This document shows positions 42,195 to 51,499 of a stretch of DNA of 54,609 nucleotides, in pieces. This stretch comes from Candidatus Methylomirabilis sp. GTDB lineage: Bacteria; DYJV01. Both the position numbers and the translations under genes were made by a program. The stretch is from contig DYJV01000007.1 of NCBI GenBank assembly GCA_020722945.1, positions 1-54,609 on the forward strand, given 5' to 3'. Every line of letters begins with the position of its first letter. Position 1 is the first letter of the stretch. Below the pieces are notes generated by a model. That model made no database searches. It saw only the letters and a list, made by a program, of their open reading frames with translations, and was not told where the DNA came from.

Positions 42195-43293
42195 CTATCT
42201 ACTGATTGCAGGTGAAGCATCAGGTGATACTTATGGTGCATCTATTGTATCCAAGATAAAAGAGCTCAGAGCAGATTATGAGGTTTTTGCAATTGGTGGT
42301 GAGAAGATAAGAGCTTGCAATGTAAATATAGTAGAAAGCATAGAAAACCTCTCTGTAATGGGTTTGACAGAGGTTCTAAAACATATCCCTTTTATTCTGA
42401 AACTTTTAGGGAGATTAAAAGATATTATAAGAAAATCTTCACCTGAATTTATAATCCTTATTGATTTTCCTGATTTTAATTTCAGAGTTGCAAAGTATGC
42501 GTATAAATACAAAATACCTGTTTACTACTTTGTAAGTCCTCAAATTTGGGCATGGAGACAGAGCAGGGTTTTTTTCTTAAAAAAATATATCAAAAAAATT
42601 TTTGTTTTATTCCCTTTTGAAGTTGATTTTTATAAAAAATTTGATGTAGATGTTGAATTTGTAGGGCATCCTTTAGTGGAAAAGATTCACAATTTTTCCC
42701 CTACTTCACAAATAGATAGAGATTTTTTAAATATTGCACTACTCCCCGGTAGTAGAAAGAGTGAAGTTGAGAAACTTTTACCGATTATTCTGGAAAGTGC
42801 TAAATTAATTAAAGAGCGATACCCCACAACAAAGTTCTTTATTCCGGTTGCTCCGAATATTAATTTTGAAAGTATAAATGGGATGATAGGAAGCAGGAGA
42901 GATTATATTACTTTAATAAAAGGGAACAGCTATGAAGTTTTATCCTCTTCAATAATAGTTGTAGCTGCTTCAGGGACAGCTACTCTTGAAGCAGCACTTT
43001 TTGGGAAGCCTGTAATCATAATTTATAAAGTAAATATGTTGTCTTATATTTTGGCTAAATTTCTTATAAAAGTCCCTTACATTGGGATAGCAAATCTCTT
43101 GCTTGGAAAGATGTATAACCCTGAGTTGATACAAAATAAAGTAACACCTGATAATATATTTGTTGAGGTTAGGAAATTTATTGAAAATAAATTGAAGTAT
43201 AAAGTTACATCAGAGAAAAATAACTCTTTGAAAGAAACTCTTTACAAAGAGGATATTTTTACAAAGAGTGCAAAAGCCATACTTAAAATTTAA
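42184..43293 (+). CDS. lpxB: Lipid-A-disaccharide synthase
   Basis: 369 aa. The N-terminus LLIAGEASGDTYGASIVSKIKEL is canonical LpxB. Confidence 0.9.
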   Translation: MPANYLLIAGEASGDTYGASIVSKIKELRADYEVFAIGGEKIRACNVNIVESIENLSVMGLTEVLKHIPFILKLLGRLKDIIRKSSPEFIILIDFPDFNFRVAKYAYKYKIPVYYFVSPQIWAWRQSRVFFLKKYIKKIFVLFPFEVDFYKKFDVDVEFVGHPLVEKIHNFSPTSQIDRDFLNIALLPGSRKSEVEKLLPIILESAKLIKERYPTTKFFIPVAPNINFESINGMIGSRRDYITLIKGNSYEVLSSSIIVVAASGTATLEAALFGKPVIIIYKVNMLSYILAKFLIKVPYIGIANLLLGKMYNPELIQNKVTPDNIFVEVRKFIENKLKYKVTSEKNNSLKETLYKEDIFTKSAKAILKI

Positions 43294-43322
43294 TTGTTGG
43301 GTATGTTGTATTAACGTGTATC

Positions 43323-43742
43323 CTAACTTTGTGTTTCAAAAATACTCTTTAATAAAGTTTTTACACTATTCATATCAGAGTCGGAGATGTTACTTTTTAC
43401 TGAACACATAAAATTGTCCCCAATAGTTAAAATTTTATTTTTCATTGACAATGCTTTTTTTGTAAGCTGAATAGTGAATGCTCTCCTATCATTTGCATGG
43501 GGAGTCCTTACCACAAAGCCTCTTTTGGAAAGATTATCAAGCATTTTGGTAATAGTAGGTGTCTCTACAAATAAGATATCGGCAATCTCTTTTTGAGTTA
43601 AACTCCCATTTTCAAATAATACCATTAAGACACACCAGCACGAAGCTGTGAGCCCAAAAGGCTCTAATTTTTTATCAAAATCTTTCTTTAACTTTCTTGA
43701 TAATCTTGCTGATAAGAAGTATATGCAATCTTTAAGTTTCAA
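43323..43742 (-). CDS. MarR-family transcriptional regulator
   Basis: 139 aa. The winged-HTH segment is ...LTQKEIADILFVETPTITKMLDNLSKRGFVVR... Confidence 0.8.
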   Translation of the reverse strand: MKLKDCIYFLSARLSRKLKKDFDKKLEPFGLTASCWCVLMVLFENGSLTQKEIADILFVETPTITKMLDNLSKRGFVVRTPHANDRRAFTIQLTKKALSMKNKILTIGDNFMCSVKSNISDSDMNSVKTLLKSIFETQS

Positions 43743-44053
43743 TAGTGGCTCCTTTAATTTTATTTACTGTTTTAATAAACGATAATCTGATATTTTGTCA
43801 AGTTTAAATTTTAGAACTTTATTTTATTTTTATTGTATCCTTTTTGTAGTTTATATTTAGTTATGCTGATTTTACTAATTTGTCCTTTAAATTTTTTCTA
43901 TCTTTATAGATTTTAAATTTTAAATCCAATTTTTCATTAATAACTAATAACGATTTTTTATAAATTATTAATAAGAGAAACTTTAAGATTTACTTTGGAA
44001 TGTAGGTGTGATTATATTTCTTGTAAAATTATATAGAGAGAGAAGATATAAAA

Positions 44054-45028
44054 TTGCTTGATAAACTTAAAAATCAAATTATTTCAGCTCCACTTGCAGG
44101 TTTAACCAACGAGCCTTTGAGACTACTTTTCAAAGATATTGGTTTAAAGATTACATATACTGAGATGGTGAGTGCTGATGCATTAATAAGAAGAGAGAAG
44201 AAAACTTTGGGCATGGTTACACTTAAATATGAGAGGCCTATTGTTATTCCGCAGATATTTGGCTCTGATCCTGATATTTTGTCTGATGCTGCAAAAATTT
44301 TACATCAAATGGGTTACACTTTTGTTGATATTAATATGGGTTGTCCTGTGAGAAAAGTGAATAATAGAGGTTCAGGTGTAAAACTTATGGATAATCCTGA
44401 TACAGTTAGAAAGATTATCCATAAGCTAAGAGAGATTCCTGTTGTAATATCTGTTAAGCTGAGACTTGGGGTTAAGGAGAGCACTCTTAATTATCTTGAT
44501 ATAATAAATATTCTTTACAATGAAGGAGTTGATTTTGTAACGCTTCATCCAAGGAGTGGTGAAGAATTTTTTAAAAATAGTGCAAGATGGAGCTGTATAA
44601 AAGAGGTTAAAGATAAATTTCCAAAACTCTTTCTTATTGGAAATGGTGATATAAAATCACCTGAAGATATTGAACAGATGTTTTTACAAACAGGTTGTGA
44701 TGCTGTAATGATTGGGAGGAAATTGTCTGAAGACCCTCTACTTATTCAACAATGGGAAAAATTCAAGGAAGATGGAAGTTATCAATTGAGCACACCAGAA
44801 AAAAAGATGGAGATATTTAAAACACTGTTTAATTACATTAATCTATTTTATAATCAGAAAATTTCCACTACTTTAGCCAGAAAATACCTATTTCTATTCT
44901 CAAAAGGATTTAGCTGTAGTGCTGATTTTAGAAAAAAAATATCATTAATAAAAAATTGTATTGAAATTTTAGAAGAAATAAGTTATTGGGAAAAAAATTA
45001 TAAAACAGATAGAGATATGTATGGATAA
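44054..45028 (+). CDS. dusB: tRNA-dihydrouridine synthase (DusB-like)
   Basis: TTG start. 324 aa. APLAGLTNEPLRLL...INMGCPVRKV is the Dus signature, and a fis-like gene follows. Confidence 0.8.
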   Translation: MLDKLKNQIISAPLAGLTNEPLRLLFKDIGLKITYTEMVSADALIRREKKTLGMVTLKYERPIVIPQIFGSDPDILSDAAKILHQMGYTFVDINMGCPVRKVNNRGSGVKLMDNPDTVRKIIHKLREIPVVISVKLRLGVKESTLNYLDIINILYNEGVDFVTLHPRSGEEFFKNSARWSCIKEVKDKFPKLFLIGNGDIKSPEDIEQMFLQTGCDAVMIGRKLSEDPLLIQQWEKFKEDGSYQLSTPEKKMEIFKTLFNYINLFYNQKISTTLARKYLFLFSKGFSCSADFRKKISLIKNCIEILEEISYWEKNYKTDRDMYG

Positions 45029-45281
45029 AAATATTAAAGATTTAGATAAGTTTTCTTTAGAAGAGATTCTTGAATATAAATTTGATTGCTTATTAGAGCA
45101 TGTAAACCCATCCAAGAGCAACAATCATAATTTTTATAATATTGTTTTAGAGAGTATAGAAAAATCTCTTTTTAAGAAAGTTATCTCAAAAACTGGTAAT
45201 AACCAATCAAAAGCATCAGAGATGTTAGGCATCAATAGAAACACTCTCAAAAAGAAGCTTTTGAAGTATAATCTAATATAA
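45021..45281 (+). CDS. fis: Fis-family DNA-binding protein
   Basis: 86 aa. The C-terminal HTH GNNQSKASEMLGINRNTLKKKLLKYNL matches Fis. The dusB-fis order is conserved. Confidence 0.7.
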   Translation: MDKNIKDLDKFSLEEILEYKFDCLLEHVNPSKSNNHNFYNIVLESIEKSLFKKVISKTGNNQSKASEMLGINRNTLKKKLLKYNLI

Positions 45282-45290
45282 TTTATTACC

Positions 45291-45959
45291 TTACTGCAGC
45301 AAATAACCAACCTTTGAAATAGCTTTTATCATTCCTGCTCTCTCACCCAGCTTTCTTCTTAATGCAGAGACATGTGAATCTACGGTTCTTGTCTGGACAT
45401 CTGATGAATATCCCCACACTCTGTCAAGGAGCTGGTCACGAGTGAGTATTTTATTTGGATTCTGAATAAATATCTTCATTAAGTCAAACTCTTTTTTTGA
45501 AAGTTGATGTTTCTGGTCATTAATAGTCATTATGTATGTATCAGGGTCTATCTCAATATCGTTGTATTTAAAATTCTCTATTACAACTTTGTTCCCTCGT
45601 CTAAGGACTGCTTTTATCTTTGTGATTAGAAGTTTAAATGTAAAAGGTTTTGCAATATAATCATCCGCTCCGAATTCTATCCCTTTTACAATATCATCTT
45701 CACTGTTTTTAGCTGATATTATTATTACAGGGACATCTTTAAAGGAGTTGTTGTCCTTTATTATTTTTAAAAAATCAAAACCTTTAAGCCCCGGAAGCAT
45801 TAAATCAAGCAGAATAAGGTCAATCTGCATATCCTCAAGACATAGCAGAGCATCATTTGCATTTGTAAAATTTAAAACTTCAAAATTTTTTGCTTGAAGA
45901 TTAAATTTTATAAGGTCGCCTAACTCTTTATGATCTTCAATTAGAAGTATTGTCTTCAA
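45291..45959 (-). CDS. phoB: OmpR/PhoB-family response regulator, probably the phosphate-regulon regulator
   Basis: 222 aa, receiver plus winged-helix domains. It is immediately downstream of, and overlaps, phoU in the pstSCAB-phoU cluster. Confidence 0.7.
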   Translation of the reverse strand: MKTILLIEDHKELGDLIKFNLQAKNFEVLNFTNANDALLCLEDMQIDLILLDLMLPGLKGFDFLKIIKDNNSFKDVPVIIISAKNSEDDIVKGIEFGADDYIAKPFTFKLLITKIKAVLRRGNKVVIENFKYNDIEIDPDTYIMTINDQKHQLSKKEFDLMKIFIQNPNKILTRDQLLDRVWGYSSDVQTRTVDSHVSALRRKLGERAGMIKAISKVGYLLQ

Positions 45960-46626
45960 TATTTTCAGCCTCTTTTAGGTGTTTATGTTTGATTATTTTA
46001 CCTGTTGCCATAAACACTACAAGTTCTGCTATATTTGTGATATGATCAGCTATTCTTTCATAATTTTTTGATATTATCATTAATGATTGTGCACACTCTA
46101 TCTTTTCTGGCTCCTCTTTTATTAATTTTAAGAGCTCTCTTATTATCTGGTCATTTAATTGGTCTATATAATCATCTTTTGAGATTATATTGTATGCTAA
46201 TGCAGTATCTTTGTTAAAATATGAATCTATAGCCTCTTGAAGCATATCCATTATAGATTTTGCCATCTTGGGAAGATCTATGTAAGGTTTAAGTGGTTTG
46301 ACATTGTTTAATTTTAATACCTGATTTGATATATTGCCACATAGATCGCCTATTCGTTCAAGGTCTATGATTATTCTAAGTGCAGTGATTATAAATCTGA
46401 GATCAAGTGCTTTAGGTTCATAAAGTGCTAATATCTTTAAGCATGTATCCTCTATTTCAAGTTCTAATCTGTCTATTATTGAGTCATCCTCTTTTACCTT
46501 AAGAGCAAGATTAGAATCCATATTAACGAGTGAAGTTATACTGCTATCTATCATAGATTTGACGCTTGAACACATTTTAGCAATCTCTGTTTTCAGAGAA
46601 ATATAAAATTGATCTGTATGTTTCAT
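45937..46626 (-). CDS. phoU: Phosphate signalling complex protein PhoU
   Basis: 229 aa. Two PhoU repeats with a D..ERIGD-type motif. Confidence 0.9.
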   Translation of the reverse strand: MKHTDQFYISLKTEIAKMCSSVKSMIDSSITSLVNMDSNLALKVKEDDSIIDRLELEIEDTCLKILALYEPKALDLRFIITALRIIIDLERIGDLCGNISNQVLKLNNVKPLKPYIDLPKMAKSIMDMLQEAIDSYFNKDTALAYNIISKDDYIDQLNDQIIRELLKLIKEEPEKIECAQSLMIISKNYERIADHITNIAELVVFMATGKIIKHKHLKEAENIEDNTSN

Positions 46627-46674
46627 AATGTCTCCTATAAAAGTTATATTTATTTTATAAATAGATTAGAAATT

Positions 46675-47430
46675 TTAACCAAATCTTCCACTTACATACT
46701 CCTCTGTAAGTTTCTGGTTTGGATTGGTAAAGATACTTGCTGTAACATCAAATTCTATTAACTCTCCAAGATACATAAATGCTGTAAAATCTGATATTCT
46801 TGCAGCCTGTTGCATATTGTGGGTTACTATTATTATTGTTACAAGATTTTTTATGGAATACATCAACTCCTCTATCTTGGAAGTGGATATTGGATCAAGA
46901 GCACTTGTTGGCTCATCAAAGAGTAATATTTTCGGTTCTACGGCAAGAGCTCTTGCAATAACAAGTCTCTGCTGCTGCCCGCCTGATAGCCCTGATGCCT
47001 GATGTTCAAGCCTTGACTCAACTTCTTCCCATATAGCTGCATCTTTTAAAGCTTTTTCTACTCGATCCTTTAACTCTGTTTTGTTCTTGATACCTTTGAG
47101 CTTTAATCCGTAAGATACATTGTCAAAAATAGTCATAGGAAAAGCTGTTGGTTTTTGGAAAACCATCCCAATATCGCTTCTTAATTTGATTAAATCGTTA
47201 TTATTTGCAAGAATATTCTCGCCATTTAATAGAATCTTCCCCTCATATTTGTTGTTATGATATAGGTCGTGCATTCTATTAAAACAGCGCAGTAGTGTAG
47301 TTTTCCCACAACCTGAAGGACCTATTAAAGCAGTAATTTTATTCTCAATAATTTCCATAGATATATTTTTGAGAGCTATAGAGTTTCCATAGTAGAAATT
47401 GAGATTTTTGATCTGTAAAATTGAGTTCAT
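46675..47430 (-). CDS. pstB: Phosphate ABC transporter ATP-binding protein
   Basis: 251 aa. Walker [10 protein letters not shown], signature LSGGQQQRL, and a PstB-type N-terminus. Confidence 0.95.
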   Translation of the reverse strand: MNSILQIKNLNFYYGNSIALKNISMEIIENKITALIGPSGCGKTTLLRCFNRMHDLYHNNKYEGKILLNGENILANNNDLIKLRSDIGMVFQKPTAFPMTIFDNVSYGLKLKGIKNKTELKDRVEKALKDAAIWEEVESRLEHQASGLSGGQQQRLVIARALAVEPKILLFDEPTSALDPISTSKIEELMYSIKNLVTIIIVTHNMQQAARISDFTAFMYLGELIEFDVTASIFTNPNQKLTEEYVSGRFG

Positions 47431-48272
47431 TTTTTATATCTCCAAGAAATAAGTATTCTTCCCAATATTGTGAGAAATAATATTGTTATTGTTATAATAA
47501 AAGATGCTGCCCATGCCAAACTATGCCAATCTTCATAAGGTCCCATTGCATATTGAAATATAGTAACAGTGAGTGAAGGTGTTGGTTGGTTGAGGTTTAG
47601 TGTAAAGAAAGAGTTGTTAAAAGAAGTAAATAAAAGTGGTGCGGCTTCTCCTGAAACTCTTGCAATTCCAAGTAAAACACCTGTTAGTATCCCTGTTGCG
47701 GCACCCTTGTATAAAACTTGTATGATAACTTTGTAGTATGGTGCACCGAGTGCAAAAGCAGCTTCACGTAATTCGTCAGGGATAAGTCTGAGCATCTCTT
47801 CAGTTGTTCTTATTATTATAGGGAGCATAATTATAGCAAGAGAGACCCCACCTGCCCAGCCGCTGAAATGTTCTAAAGGTCTTACCATTATTGCATAAAC
47901 AAATGTTCCAACAACAATTGCAGGAATGCTTATAGTTATGTCTGCTAAAGTGCTTATCATCTGAGGAATGAATTTGTTTCTCCCATACTCTGCTAAATAT
48001 GTCCCACCAAGAATTCCTATTGGAACTCCAATTAATACTGCAACAAGAATAATTAGAAATTGTCCTATAAAAGCGTTCCTTAATCCTGCTCCTTCTACCC
48101 CTGGTGGAGCAGGATCGTGTATAAAAATATCAAGGTTTATTGAATGCATCCCGTGCCAGAGAAGGTCTACAAGGATGAAGATGAGCCAAAAGAATCCTAC
48201 AAATGCACATATGGCTGAAATTGAGAGGAAAAGATTATTTTTAATTCTTCTTTTAAATAAATTATCGAACAT
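47427..48272 (-). CDS. pstA: Phosphate ABC transporter permease PstA
   Basis: 281 aa, multi-TM, with the EAA-type motif region of PstA. Confidence 0.9.
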   Translation of the reverse strand: MFDNLFKRRIKNNLFLSISAICAFVGFFWLIFILVDLLWHGMHSINLDIFIHDPAPPGVEGAGLRNAFIGQFLIILVAVLIGVPIGILGGTYLAEYGRNKFIPQMISTLADITISIPAIVVGTFVYAIMVRPLEHFSGWAGGVSLAIIMLPIIIRTTEEMLRLIPDELREAAFALGAPYYKVIIQVLYKGAATGILTGVLLGIARVSGEAAPLLFTSFNNSFFTLNLNQPTPSLTVTIFQYAMGPYEDWHSLAWAASFIITITILFLTILGRILISWRYKK

Positions 48273-49185
48273 TTTTCTTCCTGATTATATATTTTGCAAA
48301 CGATAAAATAATAAAGCTTGAAATGAATAGTATTAATGCGAGAAAAAATAGAGATGAAAGATATAAATCTGTTGTTGCTTCGGTAAATTCATTTGCAAGA
48401 ACGACTGTTATAGTAGTTGCTGAATCAAATAATGATAGGGGGATTTTGTGAGTATTTCCTAAAACAAATGCAACAGCCATAGTCTCTCCAAGAGCTCTAC
48501 CAAGTGCAATAACAATACTTCCGTAAATTCCATATTTTGAATATGGCAACATAACATCTTTTATTACTTCCCACTGATTAGCCCCCATACCATATGCAGA
48601 TTCTTTGAGAATCTGAGGTGTAAGAGACAAGGTATCTCTTGTTATTGAAGCAATAAATGGTATGAGCATTATACTTAGCACTATACTTGCTGTGAGTACA
48701 TCTATTCCAAGTGGTGTCCCTTGAAAAAGGTATTTTATGATGGGGATTGAACCAAATATTTTTTGTAAAGATGGTTCAATATAATCAGACATAATTGGAG
48801 CAAGGGTGAAAAGCCCCCACATCCCGTAGATTATACTTGGAATTGATGCAAGTAGCTCTATAGTGCTTCCAAAAGCTGTTTTTAAAAATTTAGGACAAAG
48901 TTCTACAATAAAAATCGCAATTCCTATTGATATTGGGATTGCGATAAGTAGTGCAAGAAATGTAGTCAAAATAGTCCCTGCTATCATTGTAAGAGCTCCG
49001 TAGATCTCATTAACAGGGTCCCATATAGTTGTAGTTACAAATTCAAAAAATCCAAATTTGGTAATTGATTCTTTTGATTCGATTAAAAGGGTTATGAATA
49101 TTCCAATGATGATTAAAATTACTGAAAAAGATGCACCTGATGTGATATATTTAAAGATGTTATCAAAGGTTCTTGCTTTATTCAT
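48262..49185 (-). CDS. pstC: Phosphate ABC transporter permease PstC
   Basis: 307 aa. Called as PstC from its multi-TM permease architecture and its position between pstA and pstS. Confidence 0.9.
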   Translation of the reverse strand: MNKARTFDNIFKYITSGASFSVILIIIGIFITLLIESKESITKFGFFEFVTTTIWDPVNEIYGALTMIAGTILTTFLALLIAIPISIGIAIFIVELCPKFLKTAFGSTIELLASIPSIIYGMWGLFTLAPIMSDYIEPSLQKIFGSIPIIKYLFQGTPLGIDVLTASIVLSIMLIPFIASITRDTLSLTPQILKESAYGMGANQWEVIKDVMLPYSKYGIYGSIVIALGRALGETMAVAFVLGNTHKIPLSLFDSATTITVVLANEFTEATTDLYLSSLFFLALILFISSFIILSFAKYIIRKKNVR

Positions 49186-49270
49186 AGAATTTGTGCCTTA
49201 TTAGAATTAGAGTGTATTTACCAAGTTACCATAATGTTAAATTAGAAATTAAGAAGATTAATCATAAATA

Positions 49271-49306
49271 AACAAAGGTTGGTAATTTGGGTTACCAACC
49301 TTTGTT
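49271..49306 (-). terminator. Perfect 15-bp stem with a 6-nt loop between pstS and pstC. Intra-operon partial terminator or mRNA-stabilising element.
   Basis: aacaaaggttggtaa-tttggg-ttaccaacctttgtt with a U-rich flank in both orientations. It lies 7 nt downstream of the pstS stop on the minus strand. Confidence 0.5.
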
Positions 49307-49312
49307 TTTATA

Positions 49313-50323
49313 TTAGTATGCTCCGTTATCCTTCCAATAACCCCTGATACTTTCTTTTAAATTTTCAGGTAAAGGTATATAAATAAGTTTTATTGCTGCC
49401 TCGTCCCCATTTTTGAAAGACCAGTCAAAGAATTTAACAACTTTTTTGTTTGCTTCAGGATTGTCTTTTCTTAATAAGATAAAGCTTGCTCCTGCTATTG
49501 GCCAAGATTTTTTGCCAGGTGAATCTACTAACCAAAGATAGTAACCTTTGCTTTTATCCCATTTTGCATAAGCAGCAGCTTCTTTAAAATTATCAAATGA
49601 TGGCTCAACAAAATTACCCTCTTTGTTCTGAAGTTTTGTGTAAGTAAGTTTATTTTGCTCTGCGTATGCAAATTCTACATAACCGATAGAGTTATCAATT
49701 TTTTTTACATAATTTGCAACACCTTCATTACCTTTTCCACCAATACCTGCAGGCCATTTAACTGAAGTCCCTTTGCCAACAGCTTTTTCCCATTCAGGAG
49801 AGACAATAGAAAGATATGATGTAAAAATTGCTGTAGTCCCTGAACCATCAGCTCTATGAACTATCTCTATCTTTGCATCTGGAAGATTCACATCTTTGTT
49901 GATACTTTTGATTGCAGGATCGTTCCATTTTGTGATTTTAGCAAGGAAGATATCAGCAAGAACTTTTGGAGTCAAAGATAATTGTCCATTACTAACCCCT
50001 TTGATATTAACTATAGGAACTACTCCACCCATAATAGCAGGGAACTGGAGTAACCCATTTTTTTCAAGTTCTTCAGGTTTTAATGGATTGTCAGAAGCAC
50101 CAAAATCAACTGTTTTAGCTTGAATTTGTTTAATTCCACCACCAGAACCGATAGATTGATAATTCAACTGAACTCCTGTAGCTTTGTTGTAAGAGTGGCT
50201 CCAAGCCCCATAAACAGGATAAGGGAAAGAAGCACCAGCCCCATTTATCTGCTTTTCATCTGCAAACGAAAAAGTTGCAGTTAAAAGCAGAGCAAGAACA
50301 CTCAATAAAAATCTTTTTAACAT
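49313..50323 (-). CDS. pstS: Phosphate ABC transporter substrate-binding protein
   Basis: 336 aa. Signal peptide, then the PstS family pattern (GAGASFPYPVY..W...Y). Confidence 0.9.
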   Translation of the reverse strand: MLKRFLLSVLALLLTATFSFADEKQINGAGASFPYPVYGAWSHSYNKATGVQLNYQSIGSGGGIKQIQAKTVDFGASDNPLKPEELEKNGLLQFPAIMGGVVPIVNIKGVSNGQLSLTPKVLADIFLAKITKWNDPAIKSINKDVNLPDAKIEIVHRADGSGTTAIFTSYLSIVSPEWEKAVGKGTSVKWPAGIGGKGNEGVANYVKKIDNSIGYVEFAYAEQNKLTYTKLQNKEGNFVEPSFDNFKEAAAYAKWDKSKGYYLWLVDSPGKKSWPIAGASFILLRKDNPEANKKVVKFFDWSFKNGDEAAIKLIYIPLPENLKESIRGYWKDNGAY

Positions 50324-50383
50324 TTTTTCCTCCTCGAATTTTTAGTTTAATTTAAGAAAATTTAAAGAAGAATACCTTTATAA

Positions 50384-50463
50384 TGTTAAATAAAAAAAAA
50401 AAAAATGTAAAAAAAATGTAAAATATTGAGCAGCTAACTGTAAAGTAATTATATCTTGTAAAA
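50384..50463 (-). promoter_or_regulatory. Array of TTTACA/TTAACA direct repeats in 11-bp register upstream of pstS. Candidate PhoP/PhoB binding site (Pho box).
   Basis: On the plus strand, tgtaaa or tgttaaa occurs at 50384, 50406, 50417, 50439 and 50458. The offsets between copies are 22, 11 and 22 bp, so the copies share an 11-bp register. The array lies 60-140 bp upstream of the pstS start codon. Confidence 0.45.
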
Positions 50464-50530
50464 TTAAAGTCTAAAAATAAATATTTCCTTATATAAAGAG
50501 ATGAGGGGAAGTTATAATTTTGGTGAAAAA

Positions 50531-51481
50531 TTACTTCCCTCTCCTGTTGTTTATAAGGGTCTCAAGTATTTCTACAAGTTTAGGGAGCTGAGGTTTACTA
50601 ACAAAATCATCAGCTCCAATTTTTTTAATTTTTAATTTCATTTCATCTGATGCCATTGACGAAAAAACAACAATTGGAATAGGATCAAATTCAGGTAAAT
50701 TTCTTATTTTTTTTATTAAATGAGAGCCGTCAATTAGCGGCATTTCGAGGTCTGTAATTATAACATCGATAAAATCATTAATCTTTTTGTTACTTTTTTT
50801 AAGTTGAGCATAAAAATCCATTAAAATATTTAAAGCAATAGAGCCATTTTCTGCTTCTATAGTTTTATAAGCACCTTTTTGTATTGCTGATATGACCATT
50901 TTTCTGATCCCAGGTGAATCCTCTGCAATTAAAACTTTCCTATCTCTACCCTTTGCTTCTAATTGGATGTTTTCAGGTTTGAAGTAACTTTCAGGGAAGA
51001 TATCCCCAATTATTTTCTCAAAATCAAGCATAAGGATTAATTTGTCATCCATCTTTACAACAGAAGTAATGCAGCTGTTGTCGCTACCTTTTGTCATCTC
51101 TTCTGGCTGAATGACATTTTCCCAGCTAATTCTGTAAATACGGGAAACATCATTTACAAGAAAACCGTTTATGACATCGTTAAACTCTGTAATTATGACT
51201 TTGTTTAATGTTCCATTTACTTTTAGGTTGAGCCATTTGGGGAGATTAATCATTGGGATGACTTTGCCTCTAAGATTGACCATCCCTTCAATATTAGAGT
51301 TGGTCTTGGGGATATCGGTGATTTTTGGAGCTTTGATTATCTCTCTGACTTTGGCAACATTAATGCCGAAATAATTTATAATCTCGTTACCATCTTGGTC
51401 TAAAGATTTAATTGTAAATTCTATCAGCTCTAATTCGTTTGTCCCTGTTTCAAGTAAAATATTAGTCAGTTGTTGAGCCAT
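50531..51481 (-). CDS. cheV: Chemotaxis protein CheV (CheW-like domain plus receiver domain)
   Basis: 316 aa. N-terminal CheW-like region and a C-terminal receiver with conserved Asp (VIITDLEMPLIDG). Confidence 0.8.
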   Translation of the reverse strand: MAQQLTNILLETGTNELELIEFTIKSLDQDGNEIINYFGINVAKVREIIKAPKITDIPKTNSNIEGMVNLRGKVIPMINLPKWLNLKVNGTLNKVIITEFNDVINGFLVNDVSRIYRISWENVIQPEEMTKGSDNSCITSVVKMDDKLILMLDFEKIIGDIFPESYFKPENIQLEAKGRDRKVLIAEDSPGIRKMVISAIQKGAYKTIEAENGSIALNILMDFYAQLKKSNKKINDFIDVIITDLEMPLIDGSHLIKKIRNLPEFDPIPIVVFSSMASDEMKLKIKKIGADDFVSKPQLPKLVEILETLINNRRGK

Positions 51482-51499
51482 AAATACCCCCTCCTATTG

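Noticed and set aside
43743-44053. 311-bp AT-rich divergent region between the MarR gene and dusB, inspected for operators
   Set aside because: It has only low-complexity A/T runs and loose TTAATAA-type repeats. There is no convincing dyad, and it is indistinguishable from a generic AT-rich promoter region.
50531-51481. Whether cheV next to the pst operon indicates a phosphate-taxis module
   Set aside because: There is a 207-bp gap to pstS with the Pho-box-like array in between. cheV more likely belongs to a separate transcription unit with leuB/leuD upstream. No MCP or other che genes are present. Adjacency alone is insufficient.
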